Program-made: the position numbers and the translations under genes
Notes under the pieces: model-generated
Seen by the model: only the letters and a program-made list of their open reading frames with translations
The model's database searches: none
What the model was told of the DNA's origin: nothing
Part shown: piece by piece, positions 37,755-50,544 of the stretch
How the letters are laid out: each line of letters begins with the position of its first letter
Position numbering within the stretch: position 1 is the first letter of the stretch
Origin: Octopus bimaculoides
Taxonomy: Eukaryota
NCBI RefSeq assembly: GCF_001194135.2
Contig: NC_068982.1
Span: forward strand, 136,282,147-136,346,146
Direction of reading: 5' to 3'
Length of the DNA: 64,000 nt

Positions 37755-37813
37755 TAGGCGTAGGAGTGGCTGTGAGGTAAGTAGCTTGCTTCTTACGAAC
37801 CGCATGGTTCCTT
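37755..37813 (+). mobile_element. SINE B head (runs into gap)
   Basis: AGGCGTAGGAGTGGCTGTGAGGTAAGTAGCTTGCTT...GCATGGTTCC. Confidence 0.8.
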
Positions 37814-38119
37814 GNNNNNNNNNNNNNNNNNNNNNNNNNNNNNNNNNNNNNNNNNNNNNNNNNNNNNNNNNNNNNNNNNNNNNNNNNNNNNNNNNNNNNN
37901 NNNNNNNNNNNNNNNNNNNNNNNNNNNNNNNNNNNNNNNNNNNNNNNNNNNNNNNNNNNNNNNNNNNNNNNNNNNNNNNNNNNNNNNNNNNNNNNNNNNN
38001 NNNNNNNNNNNNNNNNNNNNNNNNNNNNNNNNNTACGCATCCATACATATACATACGCACACACATATATGTGGTAGCATTAGACTGACTACGGTGTATA
38101 ACCATCTCCACTGACTTCT

Positions 38120-38420
38120 CCACTATGAAGGTTCTCTTGGTGAGACTTCAACCCTTTGCATATCATATCGGTGACTGAAACCTGCGAAAGTGAAAGTGTC
38201 AAAAGACGATTGAATCGCACCTGTTCTTCTCTTAACAATATATCTGTTTCGTTGTGATTGATGCGATCGACCACCAGATTGCTTCATCGATGAGTCTGTT
38301 GGGTCTGGAATCGTCTTGTGATTGCAAAGATGCACTGGGTATGTGCTATCAAAACATCTTGACACCAAAGCTCAGTGCAGCAAGAATACCACCTCCAGAA
38401 TGTTTCAAACCCTGAAACGG
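38120..38420 (-). mobile_element. RTE-type LINE RT fragment, decayed
   Basis: VVDRI...ETDILLREEQVRF resembles the RTE RT N-terminal LLNRI...LR.EQAGFR. Confidence 0.4.
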
Positions 38421-39732
38421 GTAACAAGGCATAATAATAAACCAGATGAGATAAACAGATGTTAAACACACTAATGGCTTCATGCAAGAGTATAAACATA
38501 TATGGTCATGCGGTAAACTAACACGCACATAACACATGTATATACAAACGGTATGGGTCGATTCTCGAGGTTTTGTCTGCAACTTGATCAAACACCTTTC
38601 TCACAAAAATAACCCCTGCCTTCATATGCGTGCACATAGTTATATGGTGTATAAAGTGTATATAAAACAATGCACTTACATAAACACATATAAGTATAAC
38701 ACTATATATACAGACATTAAGACATATATGCATATATGCATGTGTGTGCTTGTGCATACTTTTACACCCGTATAGTTTTGTCGTATGCTTATATTATTTG
38801 CATATAATTGTGGCAAATTGTATACACATACACTCGAAATATTATTGTACAGAATGTCATACATCTAGGAACCCTTGAATGCGTCATCGCAAAAATTTTT
38901 AAAAAAAGACAAAAAAAGTATGGAAATAATGATGTCGCTCACCTCAATAAAAATAGGTTTGTTGTAGGAAACAATTACACGTAGATATAATATATATCAG
39001 AAAATGTTTCAGTGGTAGTAGAAAGCTATATGTAAAATCACAAATAGGAAAAAACAATTTGGAATTGCATTATAACAATGCTACTAAGAAATGTTTCTCT
39101 GTACCCGTATTGAATAATAACTATGACATTGGATTGAAGCAGGGCAAGAGGCAGTCTAATTATATGTCACGTCAACGTAAAGCAGCATTATTTCACCTTA
39201 ATCATAGAGTCGATATCCACTAGCAATGACTCTTTGTGTTAAGCGCTGTACTACTATGTCTAATTATCTTAGCTATGGTGTTGACCTATCGATTAACTTG
39301 ATATATGAAGTCAGAAGTATAACGTAGGTTTCAAAACAGCCATAATTTTGGTTATTCAAAATAGCGGCTAATATACTCATTTGAGATATCTTCTCATGTT
39401 GACTTAATTTAAATGATTTGATGTTCATAAACCGTTCAGACGGTCGGTTATCGTTTCAAGTTCAGCGCTTCCTGTAGCACAAACTATATATGAATCATCT
39501 GATGGAAAAATCAACTTGGAATTATAAGAGTTAACCCTATATAATTTTAGATGTAAGAGGAAATATGATAAACACATTTTTTATATATATATAATTTGTT
39601 CTCTACGCACGTTATTACTATTGTGTATATTTTCATCCTCTACATGTGATGTTCCTAGTACAATTGGATAATGAAACACAAAATGTCGTTTGGGAACCAC
39701 ATTTTTAGGAAACACATTATTGTGTTATGTTA

Positions 39733-40128
39733 CTCTCTCTTTTACTCTTTTACTTGTTTCAGTCATCTGACTGCGGCCATGCTGGGACAAATCGCCCCCA
39801 GGACTTATTCTTTGTAAGCCTAATACTTATTCTATCGGTCTCTTAGGCCGAACCACTAAGTTATGTGGACGTAAAGACACCAGCATCGGTTTCCAAGTGA
39901 TGGTGGGGGGGGGGGCAAACACAGACACACAAACATATACACACACATACATATATATATATACATATATACGACGAGCTTCTTTCAGTTTCCGTCTACC
40001 AAATCCACTCAGAAGTATTTGGTCGGCCCGAGGCTATAGTAGAAGACACTTGCCCAAGGTGCCACACGGTGGGACTGTACCCGGAACCATGTGGTTGGTG
40101 GGCAAGCACTTACCACGCAGCCACTGCC
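39733..40128 (-). mobile_element. SINE B, near full length
   Basis: Head, core, internal (TA/TG) tract and (AAAAGAGT)n tail are all present. Confidence 0.9.
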
Positions 40129-41050
40129 GTTACGGAAATTAAATGCCTCTAACTGTACACACAGTTTATACTATAATTTAGATGCGCATTTTATATTCGT
40201 ATTCCGTTCAAGACCATTGCGGAATGGCCAGTCAATGATGTGCGCCCTTGTTCTCTACTGAGAGAACATAGATCACTATATTCATAGTAAAATGTTCGCG
40301 TATCGAGTAGCTTTCTTAATCAAAGGAACTTTATAACTTGAATTAATGAATTAAGATATATTATCCGAATAACCGCGAACCTGTCTTTCAACCATATTAA
40401 CACATATTTTGTCACGACAGAAGTTACTTAGGTACAGCTTGGAGTATACATGAGTATGTGTATTTAAAATACTAAGAAATTTAAAGTCGCGTTAGCTGTT
40501 CTCGTTTAGAACATCCCTAATTTGAGCCAAACTACGAAAATCTGTTCGTGACAATACGTTCTTTTTGGAGGACACGTAAAATTGTATTGTGTAATGCGTT
40601 CTGTGTAAATTCTAAGATTGAAGATTCCCTTCTGATAGCTTTTGCTTCTTTTACTTTTCCAACAGAGAAGTTGTCACAGATTTTAGAGGATTACTATAAA
40701 ATATTCAATCTTATCCACATCAGTTAACTTGCTCGTCATTATATTCTATTTCTGGAATTGCAATAACTGTTATTCTAATTAGCTAGCGCTAATTACGAGT
40801 ATTTTCAGCAATCTCATAATAACAGTAGCGAGTATTACAGTGAAATGTTTAACTTATACAAAACGTTCTGAAAGAACAACTTTGTTCATGATTATGCACC
40901 AAAAACAACAGTTTTAATCCGTTCCACAACGGATTAATTATCTTGTACCATCCTACTACTAAATCGGTATCGTTCTCCGAATAAATCTAAAGATATTTCA
41001 ATTATGATTGACAATCGATTGTCAAACATAATCACACGCACATACATATA

Positions 41051-41463
41051 CTCTTTTACTCTTTTACTTGTTTCAGTATTTTTGACTGTGGCCATGCTGG
41101 AGCACCGCCTTTAGTCAAGCAAATCGACCCCAGGACTTATTCTTTGGAAACCTAGTACTTATTCTATCAGTCTCTTTTGCCGAACCGCTAAGTTACGGGG
41201 ACGTAAACACTCCAGCATCGATTGTCAAGCGATGTTGGGGGGACAACCACAGACACACAAACACATACACACATACATATACATACATATACATATATAC
41301 GACGGGCTTCTTTCAGTTTCCGTCTACCAAATCCACTCACAAGGCTTTGGTCGGCCCGAAGCTATAGTAGAAAACACTTGCCCAAGATGCCACGCAGTGG
41401 GACTGAACCCGGAACCATGTGGTTGGTAAGCAATCTATTTGCCACACAGCCACTCCTACGCCT
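41051..41463 (-). mobile_element. SINE B, full length
   Basis: GGCGTAGGAGTGGCTGTGTGG head, GGGTTCAGTCCC B-box-like motif and complete body and tail. Confidence 0.92.
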
Positions 41464-42247
41464 ATCCATATAATGTAATGTTCGTTTGTTGATAGGATAA
41501 GCAAGAAAGCACACAACGAGCTGAAAATATTAAGTGATGGAATCAAGTGTTATAACGGAGCTGGTTCAACTTTTATTCATGAAAATTGCAATACTTGGAG
41601 GCGTAACATACACAATTTGACACTTAGGGGTTTGAACCCGAAAATGTCTCAAAGATATTCCTGAATTAAAGCGCACCTTTTGAAAAGTAACTTGTTATTC
41701 ATATTGGTGCAAAATTTAATGATAACAACAAAATTATTTTACTGTTATATTTAATAAATATTGTTGCGTACAGTTATTAAATTTTAGGCGGTGATATAAT
41801 ATTCAAGTACAATGTCTTTCAAGCTACGCCACCAAATAATTAATTCTGCTCAACGCCTCATGTATAATATAAATTGAATAAAGGTAGGAGATGGGGCTTT
41901 ACTATTGTGTCTGTACTAATGTTGAGTAGGACCCGAAAGCACTCTCATTCTCATTCTCATTCTCCATTCTTATGTCTCTATGTATCCTACTATATGTATG
42001 TGTGTATCGACATACATACACAAACAGACGCGGACATACACATACGCACACACATATATACATATATATGTTTGTGTGTGTGTTTGCGTACGTGCGAATG
42101 TGTGAGTGAGTGTTTGTGTGCGCGTGTGTTTGGGTACCTGTATGCGTTAGAGTGCGTGGGTGAGCGTGCGTGTCGTACAGAGAGAAAATAATAGTATCTT
42201 CTTAAATTATTATCTTAACTGTTACGTATCATTCGTTTAATAAATAC

Positions 42248-42679
<432 letters not shown>

Positions 42680-42680
<1 letters not shown>

Positions 42681-43870
42681 CTTTTACACAGCTCCTAACG
42701 CTGGAGATGTACTACAGTGTCAGCTGTTCACTATCAGTGAACTAAGGTGACACCTCATATTTTTCGGGCACCCTCCGGAGTATTCGAACGGTTCCAAGCA
42801 GTGCTGTTTTCTGCAAGTGCTCCATCCTTATTGCAGCCCCTATTTGTTCCACTTACTTCTCGAGATTTCTGCTCAATGTACTCCGGGCTCCGACAATTAT
42901 TGGTGCTACTGCTCCCTTTTTCATCGACCACAACTGCTTAACTTCCCAAGCTAACCTGTCATTTCTCTCGACTTTTCTTTCTTCCTTATCGCATACCTTG
43001 TTGTCAGCTGCTGATGCTATATCTTTGATCGAGCATAGCTTGTTTTCTTTCTCAATTTAGACTATGTCCGGTTTTCTATTTGCTCTGTCAAGTCCAATAC
43101 ACAGGCCTGGCTATATTGTCGTGGAGTCTCTTAAATTCCTTGTGGGCTAGTGGCGTACATTGCTTGGTAATATGCCATACGGTTTCAACATTTTGTCAAC
43201 AGATTCTGCACTTATCACTTTCTGCAGTATTGTCTATCCTGTACATTTTATGTAATTTCTTCTTAGTGCTTGCTCTTAGGCAGCAGAGATTAGACCCTCC
43301 GATTCTGGTTTTAAATCACTTTTAGTCATCCACAACTGTATATTTTCTCTGTCTGTCTTATCTTCAACATCCCTATGAAATTGTCCATGCATTCTTTTCT
43401 TTACCCACTTATTTTCAGTTTCATTCGTTTCAATTCCTTGTATAGTGCTTTATCTTTGCAATTGTTCATCCTACACAAGCCTGGCCTTCTTACTTCTAAT
43501 AATATCGGTTCTGTGGGATTTTTTACATACCATGCTATGCTGTTTTCTTCTCCTCTAAAACTGTGTTCGCATCCAATAAGTCCACTTCCCCTCCCTTTCT
43601 TGGTACATACAGCCTGTCCGTGTCACGTTTTGGGTGGAGTGACCCATATCTAGTTAGCAACTTCCTTGTGTTTCTGTCTAAGCTGTTTAGTTTGTCTACT
43701 GTCCATGCGTTTACTCCTGCTCCATTTCTAAGAAATGAAACCGCTCAGGTGTTGATAACTTCGATCTTATTCAGTCCATTTAATTTCGACTTAAGATTCA
43801 GCCTCAGTTAGCTAGTTTATTAGAGTTCATTGCTGTATCCAAGTCTTTATTTAGGTTATTTTTCTTCCAT
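42680..43870 (-). mobile_element. R4/Dong-type RLE LINE 3' portion ending in (AAT)n
   Basis: Frameshifted motifs: HPK..TDRLYV.RKGG-like segment, a CRIC..NVETVWHI...C zinc knuckle, HDNIAR, and KPDIV. The 3' UTR runs into (AAT)n. Confidence 0.8.
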
Positions 43871-44563
43871 ATTTTATATGTATATGTTGTTGTGTTTTCG
43901 TTCTTTGGGTAGAGCACTGCTGTAAAATAAGAATGTAGGATTGAAGTATATTCCAACGTGTCCTTTTATGCATTTTTGGCTTTATTTGCGGGACATGACG
44001 AACAACGTCCGTCCTTTATCTTGACGGTCATCATTTTCGTATGGTACCGGGGCGTTCATTTGTGTTGTTAAAATATTTTGCACGTGTAGGTTTTCGTACT
44101 TTTTGTGTAACAAGGTTAAAGTACGCACTTCTCGATTGTTATTCTTGGATTTGATCTTCTTCTTCTTCTTCTTCTTCTTCTTCTTCTTCTTCTTCTNNNN
44201 NNNNNNNNNNNNNNNNNNNNNNNNNNNNNNNNNNNNNNNNNNNNNNNNNNNNNNNNNNNNNNNNNNNNNNNNNNNNNNNNNNNNNNNNNNNNNNNNNNNN
44301 NNNNNNNNNNNNNNNNNNNNNNNNNNNNNNNNNNNNNNNNNNNNNNNNNNNNNNNNNNNNNNNNNNNNNNNNNNNNNNNNNNNNNNNNNNNNNNNNNNNN
44401 NNNNNNNNNNNNNNNNNNNNNNNNNNNNNNNNNNNNNNNNNNNNNNNNNNNNNNNNNNNNNNNNNNNNNNNNNNNNNNNNNNNNNNNNNNNNNNNNNNNN
44501 NNNNNNNNNNNNNNNNNNNNNNNNNNNNNNNNNNNNNNNNNNNNNNNNNNNNNNNNNNNNNNN

Positions 44564-45236
44564 GAATATGGAATATATAATATATAATATATAAATAGAT
44601 GGTAAAATGAAATGAAGTATTGAATGTCTTATTGAATATTTGAAATATGTCTTATTGAATATATTAAATATTGAGTATTCAATATAGAGAATTAGATATA
44701 TGAAGGCGTTTCTCTTTCTGGTATCTCCTGCTCATTAGTATTGATATCAATGTTATACCATGACAGGGTATTGTTGGATGATAAACACACAATATTTAGG
44801 ATATTTTATTCCAAGAAACAGTCAAAACTATGTCCTTTTTGAGTTATTTTAAAGCTGCTAATTTTCATGAAGATATCTTTTAAAGCTATTAAAGGTTCTC
44901 TTTCTTTGTTTTTACGTTTTTTTAGCCTTCGCTTCTCTAATTTCTCAACTCTTCATCAGTTGCCATTAAATAAATATCTAGACTACTATCATTGTTCAGA
45001 CATACAAGAACTCTATTTGAAGGATTGGTTTTCATGGCAAGTAATCTTTCTTTTGTTTGACGCATCAATGAACCAATTTTGACACATTTGATTGGATAAA
45101 TAAATTCCTCTTCTCGCTGACTTTCAGTTGAATTTGTTTGGTCTGTTTTCACTTCAATTCGAGCTTTTCTCAATGGAGCTTCTTAGTCATCTTGTTTGTT
45201 AGAATTTTTATATTATATATTATATATTCCATATTC
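44564..45236. repeat. Approximately 28-bp AT-rich inverted repeats flanking the WDR3 fragment
   Basis: GAATATGGAATATATAATATATAATATA at 44564-44591 and its reverse complement TATATTATATATTATATATTCCATATTC at about 45209-45236. The left copy abuts an N-gap. Confidence 0.75.
44690..45200 (-). pseudogene. WDR3: Intronless fragment of WDR3/Dip2/Utp12 (U3 snoRNP WD40 protein); 2 in-frame TAA and 1 frameshift
   Basis: Translation D*EAPLRKARIEVKTDQTNSTESQREEEFIYPIKCVKIGSLMRQTKERLLAMKTNPSNRVLVCLNNDSSLDIYLMATDEE(fs)EKLEKRRLKKRKNKEREPLIALKDIFMKISSFKITQKGHSFDCFLE*NILNIVCLSSNNTLSWYNID. By eye and from recall, this aligns over about 130 aa with human WDR3 LSCRKAGSIMREGRDRVVNLAVDKTGRILACHGTDSVLELF...EIQKKMDKKMKKARKK...SLQDEIQRVTNIKTSAKIKSFDL...LKAVFLLQNNLVELYSLN. 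Confidence 0.8.
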
Positions 45237-45429
45237 TATATCCCACATTAATTTTACAAGACTATAAATAAAACATAAAAAACATATATGTACTCATATA
45301 TGCTTGTATACATACAAGCATATATGGGTACAGGACATCACACAAAAAAACGTTAAACACAATGAGAAACGAAAACATAAAGACGAAGACAGAAAACGAA
45401 ATTTTTTTCGAACAACGAAAAAAACAGAG

Positions 45430-45745
45430 AAATGAGACATGCAAGAAGACCTGAGAATTGAAATCGCTAAGATGTAGCATCTACGAGAGTCAAACATAAA
45501 AGTTGTCCCGTCATCGTCGGAGCACTGGGTTCAATACCATTCATCCTGAGAAAACATCTGGATACTTTAGAAATATCATACAATCTAGGTGTATTGAAAA
45601 CCTTGGCACTACTTGGAACTGCACACATATTGCGGAAAGTACTGTTTGAGTTCCTTGTTGTGACTTGACAGGCAGTACAAACCCCCGGTAGACATAATAT
45701 CTTCAGTCAACAACATCACGATATTGGATACTGTGCGTCGCCTTG
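45430..45745 (+). mobile_element. R4/Dong-type RLE LINE 3' end followed by (AAT)n
   Basis: DLRIEIAKM*...KVVP/VIVGALGSIP...LLGTAHILRKVL, then a short 3' UTR and an (AAT)n array at 45748-45850. Confidence 0.8.
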
Positions 45746-45852
<107 letters not shown>

Positions 45853-45889
45853 TCATGATGATCATGATGATGATGGTTTCAAATGTTGT

Positions 45890-46084
45890 CACAAAGGCAA
45901 CATTTTGGTGGGAGGGAATATGTCGATTACATCGACTGCAGGGCTTCGCCTGTCCTTAATTTATCGACCTGAAATGATGAAAGGCAAAGTCAACCTCGGT
46001 AGATTTGCAGTCAGAACGTAGCGACAGGCGAAATACCGCTAGTCATTTCGTCCAGCGTGCTAACCATTCTGCGAGTTCGCCGTC

Positions 46085-46085
<1 letters not shown>
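45890..46085 (-). mobile_element. SINE A, tail A2, inside (AAT)n/(GAT)n
   Basis: Full head and central domain with tail CCTTTGTGACAACATTTGAAACC. Confidence 0.8.
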
Positions 46086-46138
<53 letters not shown>

Positions 46139-46433
46139 GTAATAATAATTATAATAATGACCACGATGATGATGATGATGATTAGGATGACGATGTTGAA
46201 AATATTATAAGTAGATTATGTTACTATGTCTCTAGATTGTTTTCTAATTGCGAGGAACTTGGAAATATCTTTAATGATGTATAATGGACTTCGGACAGTG
46301 TTATGGTCTCATTATAACTATAGGCATAAATAATGTTTTCGGTGATTGAAACCATAACAACGTCAGGTATGCCTTATTAGTCTTCAAAGTTATTTACTAT
46401 TATGATGCAATCTCTAGCTGACGCGATCTCTGT

Positions 46434-46488
<55 letters not shown>

Positions 46489-46489
46489 G

Positions 46490-46528
<39 letters not shown>

Positions 46529-47113
46529 GAGATTGCGTCATAATAGCAAATAACTTCGAAGACTAATGACTTTCGCCTGACATTTTTATGTGTCACCCGT
46601 TGAAACGCTGTTCATCCCGACGAAGTCGTCATTGCTTCAGATGCGCATAACGTGCCTCGAGGCAACGGCAATGTACTCTCGAAATGGCCATGGATGTTGG
46701 ATGTTAAATTGTAATGATTCGCGGCTGTATTGACTTTTACATTTTTTATACAATTTTCATTGTTGGGTATAATTTTAATTTATATTCTTTTCTCTTTAAA
46801 TTTTTAGTCGATTAACTTAGTGTAATAATCTATTTTAGATAATTTTTAGTCGGTTTTTATATACGTTTTCTGGGCAGGTCCAGTGTATTTTATACATTTT
46901 TATATATGATTTTTACCTGGCATTTGGTTTTTCGACATTGGAAAGCCATAGTATGATTTATATGTAATAAATGGTAGAAACGTGGATATATACAGTTCGT
47001 TAACTTGAATTTAATGTTTGTTCTTAAATTATATTACTGATTTGTGTCTCTGTCCCAATATCATTTGAGCACTTCTCTCCTGCAGTTCTATGTATATTCG
47101 TCTGTTTTAATCG

Positions 47114-47178
<65 letters not shown>

Positions 47179-47582
47179 TGTCTGTATGTATGTATATATG
47201 CATTATAGTTATAAGCATAACAATTATTATTAATTTTAATGAAACATGTATATAACGTAACTGAATAATTCACGGAATGACGTTCATATTTTGTTTTCCA
47301 AAATACATTCTGTGATGTTTATGACTGAAAGCTTGTGAAATGAAACTTAATTACAACGAGCTATTTTGTCGCTGCATTTTCAGTTGAAGTGTAATAATGC
47401 ACTTGGATTTCTAAATACTAGTTATACATCATACAATTAAAAATTTTAATTGGAGTATTTAATTATATAATGTCTATAAATGTAATCTGTTCTCACACTC
47501 GTACATACGTTTGTATGTATGTATGTATCTATGTAAGTATGTATGTACGCATGTATGCATGCTTCTATGTATGTATGAAGGC

Positions 47583-47638
<56 letters not shown>

Positions 47639-47984
47639 ATGTGTGTTTGTGTGTATACGTGGGTACATGCGCGTGTGTGTGTGCACGTGTGTACATGTGT
47701 ATGTGTTTGTGTGCAAGCATGTGTTTGTGTGTCGTGTGTCCGTGTGTGTCATGTGTTCGCGTGTGTCTGTGTGTGTATGTATCCGGAATATGCCACTCAT
47801 AGATCAGGCAAAATCGTTGTTCAAATCTGCCAAAAGAAAAATGGCAGAAAACATTATGTGCATAAAGCATCATTATTTTATTAGTATCAAGTGATACCTT
47901 ACATGTGGTAGTAATGACATTAATACACATACATACATACATACATACATACATACATACATACATGCAAACATATATACAATG

Positions 47985-48870
47985 TCCTACCTGACGGTAG
48001 CAAGCTCCCCAGGAAGAACTACTTTGCTGATGATCTCCGATACAACCCCAAATCAACCGTATTAACATACTTCAAAGAAGACCTGGATGCGAAACTCTCA
48101 GCATACCATAAAAAGGCTATGCATTGGTATGCTTCTAGAAGACTTAATGAACATAGAAATATCGACACGAAGCGAAACTTATATTGGACTCGTGACCGCT
48201 ACTTCCCATCGCACTTCGAGGGTTACGCATTTTCAATTCAAGTACTGGAGATTGCTACTAAATACCTAATAAACAAAAGTGACAGTGACGATCTTGTAGA
48301 TCCAAGATGCAACCAAAACTGAAGATTATGTAATATTTCTGTTGAAGACACCACGCGTGATTATCAGCTGCTCAAGTATTTAATCAAGGTACTACATCCG
48401 TACGCGACACGACGGTGTCAAAACAAAAACAAAAACTATACAATGCCATTAGGCAAAAACACTGTCCTGGAATAAATATAGAGAATCCCCCTGTTATTGA
48501 ATATATACTATCATCAACACAAGAAAACTAAGCCGGGTATTGTTGTTTGGGGCAGATAAGAAAATGCATAGACCGTAATAGAGGTCAGCCGCCAGGCTGA
48601 TGTGAATATCTGCTTGAAAATCAAAAACAAAGAGGATTACTAGGAACAACTGTTTCGAGACCTCCTGCTTCTATATCATGATTATAAATTCATATCTATA
48701 CCAAAAATGAGTGCGCTTCGTTTTGCAAATAAATATCTAAGTGGCAATCTGGCTAAGCTATGGTTTTAAGATATAGGGAAATCAACCAACAAACTCGCAC
48801 ATTACAAATGGAGTCTGTAAGTAAAAGAGTAAAAATATGCAAGACTTTCTGAGTTTAAAATGTGACAATG
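47985..48870 (+). mobile_element. R4-like RLE LINE 3' fragment (second subfamily, like 35785-36315)
   Basis: KKAMHWY...SHFEGYAFSIQ..EIATKYL, *RLC.ISVEDTT, RHDGV, KPGIVVW..IEVS..ADVNI and QMESVSKRVKICKTFLSL motifs. Confidence 0.75.
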
Positions 48871-48974
48871 TCTTTGTTACATTCCAGCGATGCATCTTTG
48901 TATCTTTGTTACAAACTTGCCCCAAACCGAGAGGAAGACGTTAAATAATTAAACTCAGAACAGAACCTATACAT

Positions 48975-48985
48975 ATATATCTATA

Positions 48986-49021
<36 letters not shown>

Positions 49022-49022
49022 C

Positions 49023-49070
<48 letters not shown>
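48975..49070. repeat. (TATC)n microsatellite
   Basis: Read directly from the sequence. Confidence 0.95.
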
Positions 49071-49071
<1 letters not shown>

Positions 49072-49072
<1 letters not shown>

Positions 49073-49222
49073 TGGGTTGTATGGAAAGTTCGTGCCGATT
49101 TATAGTAGCTTACTTTTCGAATTATTTGCCAAGAAACCACCTCAATTCTGGGAAGAGTGTATTTTTAAGTTAAAGGAAAGATGGAGACGCATTGCATTGT
49201 GCAACAAAATGGTTCATATGTG
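49072..49222 (+). mobile_element. Mariner-derived deletion element: left TIR joined to transposase C-terminal coding end
   Basis: TA plus TTGGGTTGTATGGAAAGTTCGTGCCGATTT is followed within about 25 bp by FAKKPPQFWEECIFKLKERWRRI..QQNG.Y. No right TIR is seen. Confidence 0.6.
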
Positions 49223-49229
49223 TGTGTGT

Positions 49230-50340
49230 TATTGTGGTGTGTGTGTTTTATTGTGGTGTGTGTGTTTTATTTTGGTATATGTTTGGTTTTATAGTAATGT
49301 TTGGCGTTTGTGTGTTACTGTGGTTTGTGTGTGTGAGGGCGTTGCATGTGACACGGTAGGTGTTTCGATATCTAGTTGTGGTTTATATTTGTAGATAAAT
49401 TGTTTTTCCTTGATTAATCTCTGTTGATGGGTAAAAGAGTCTGAGAATGCGTAGCATGGAGAGATTTTGAAATTGAACAAGGTCATTTCCCCATAGTTTG
49501 CAATGTGACCACTTTGGGGAATCTTCCTTATGCTGTCATCCCAGATCTGTTGGCGGTGTATCGTCATTCTTATGCGTAATGAACCACCCGTCTGTCCTAT
49601 GTAGTTTTGTCGGCACCCACCACATGTTATTGTGTAAATTAAGTTACAGGTGGAGTTTACTTTTACTTTAAGGGTTTGTCCTTTAAATTTGAATTTTGAT
49701 CCTTCCATCAGGAAGAAGCAGGTTCTGCAATTTATTCTTCAGTTTTTTTAAAAATTTTTTATTTTCAAGTAGAATGGGCATGTTTCTGTAAATGAGGTCA
49801 AATATTTCAGAGTTCCTGGGATTGGATGTTGACACATATGGTAAAATATTTTTCTTTATTTTGATTTTCGTCTTCCTTAGTTCCTAGGTATCAACATGTT
49901 TTAGCTCTGTCCATTCCCACTAGGCGATTAAGACTAGTGGGAATCCCCTTTGAATGTGCTTGTTTTTAAGTTCATCTCGTCTTTGTTCATGTTTAGAAGG
50001 GTTTGACACTATTGAACAAATTCGTTTTACCAGGAAAAGAGAAATATTCAGCTTGGTGTGTTTAGGATGATATGATGTGAATAGAAGGTACTGTTTGGTG
50101 TCCGTGCGTTTATAAACTACACACTCCATATACAAGTCAAAAATAACTGGAAGAGGTACCTAGATGATTGCATTACCTTCTGGCAGGGAAACCTGGATAC
50201 AATCACACGATTGAAAAATTTGCTGAACAACTTAAACAACAACGTCCAATTTACAATGGTGTTTAACACCAAGAAACTTGCCTTCCTGGATATTTTAATC
50301 ACCAACAAGGATGGGAAAATAGAAATGGACATATTTTATC
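49230..50340 (-). mobile_element. Penelope-like element (RT thumb, linker and GIY-YIG) with an inverted 5' RT segment
   Basis: Minus strand: YKRTDTKQYLLFTSYHPKHTK...RGFP, ILPYVST.NPRN and TCNLIYTITCGGC.QNYIGQTGGSLRIRMTIH...EKQFIYKYKPQLD. Plus strand 50140-50340: WKRYLDDCITFW...QFTM...LAFLDILI...MDIFY. Confidence 0.9.
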
Positions 50341-50484
50341 TTCCGGCAGCTGGGGTTAAACAAGTAGTAAAATGAAACAGCCACATTGATGTGGCGATTA
50401 TCTTTACTTTTTAGTGTAGTTACTACTCTCATCTCTTATTGAGATTTTAAAAGTAGTTATTTTGCTTGCTGCAAATCAGTGACT

Positions 50485-50544
50485 GATGGTCGGTTCGCGA
50501 CTGAGAATGAGCAACTAGCTCGAAACCGAATCGGTCTCGCTATC
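50485..50544 (+). ncRNA. Type I hammerhead-like motif with bulged stem I
   Basis: GAUG-gucgguuc-GCGA-CUGAGAAU-GAGC-AACUA-GCUC-GAAAC-CG-AAU-CG-GUC-UCGC-UAUC. All three stems pair; the core reads CUGAGAAU rather than CUGANGA(N). Confidence 0.6.

Noticed and set aside
41222-41473. Recurrent 'MSSDVGG...RRASFSFRLPNP' ORFs (18319, 39897, 41222, 55110)
   Set aside because: They are antisense readings of SINE B copies and not a gene family.
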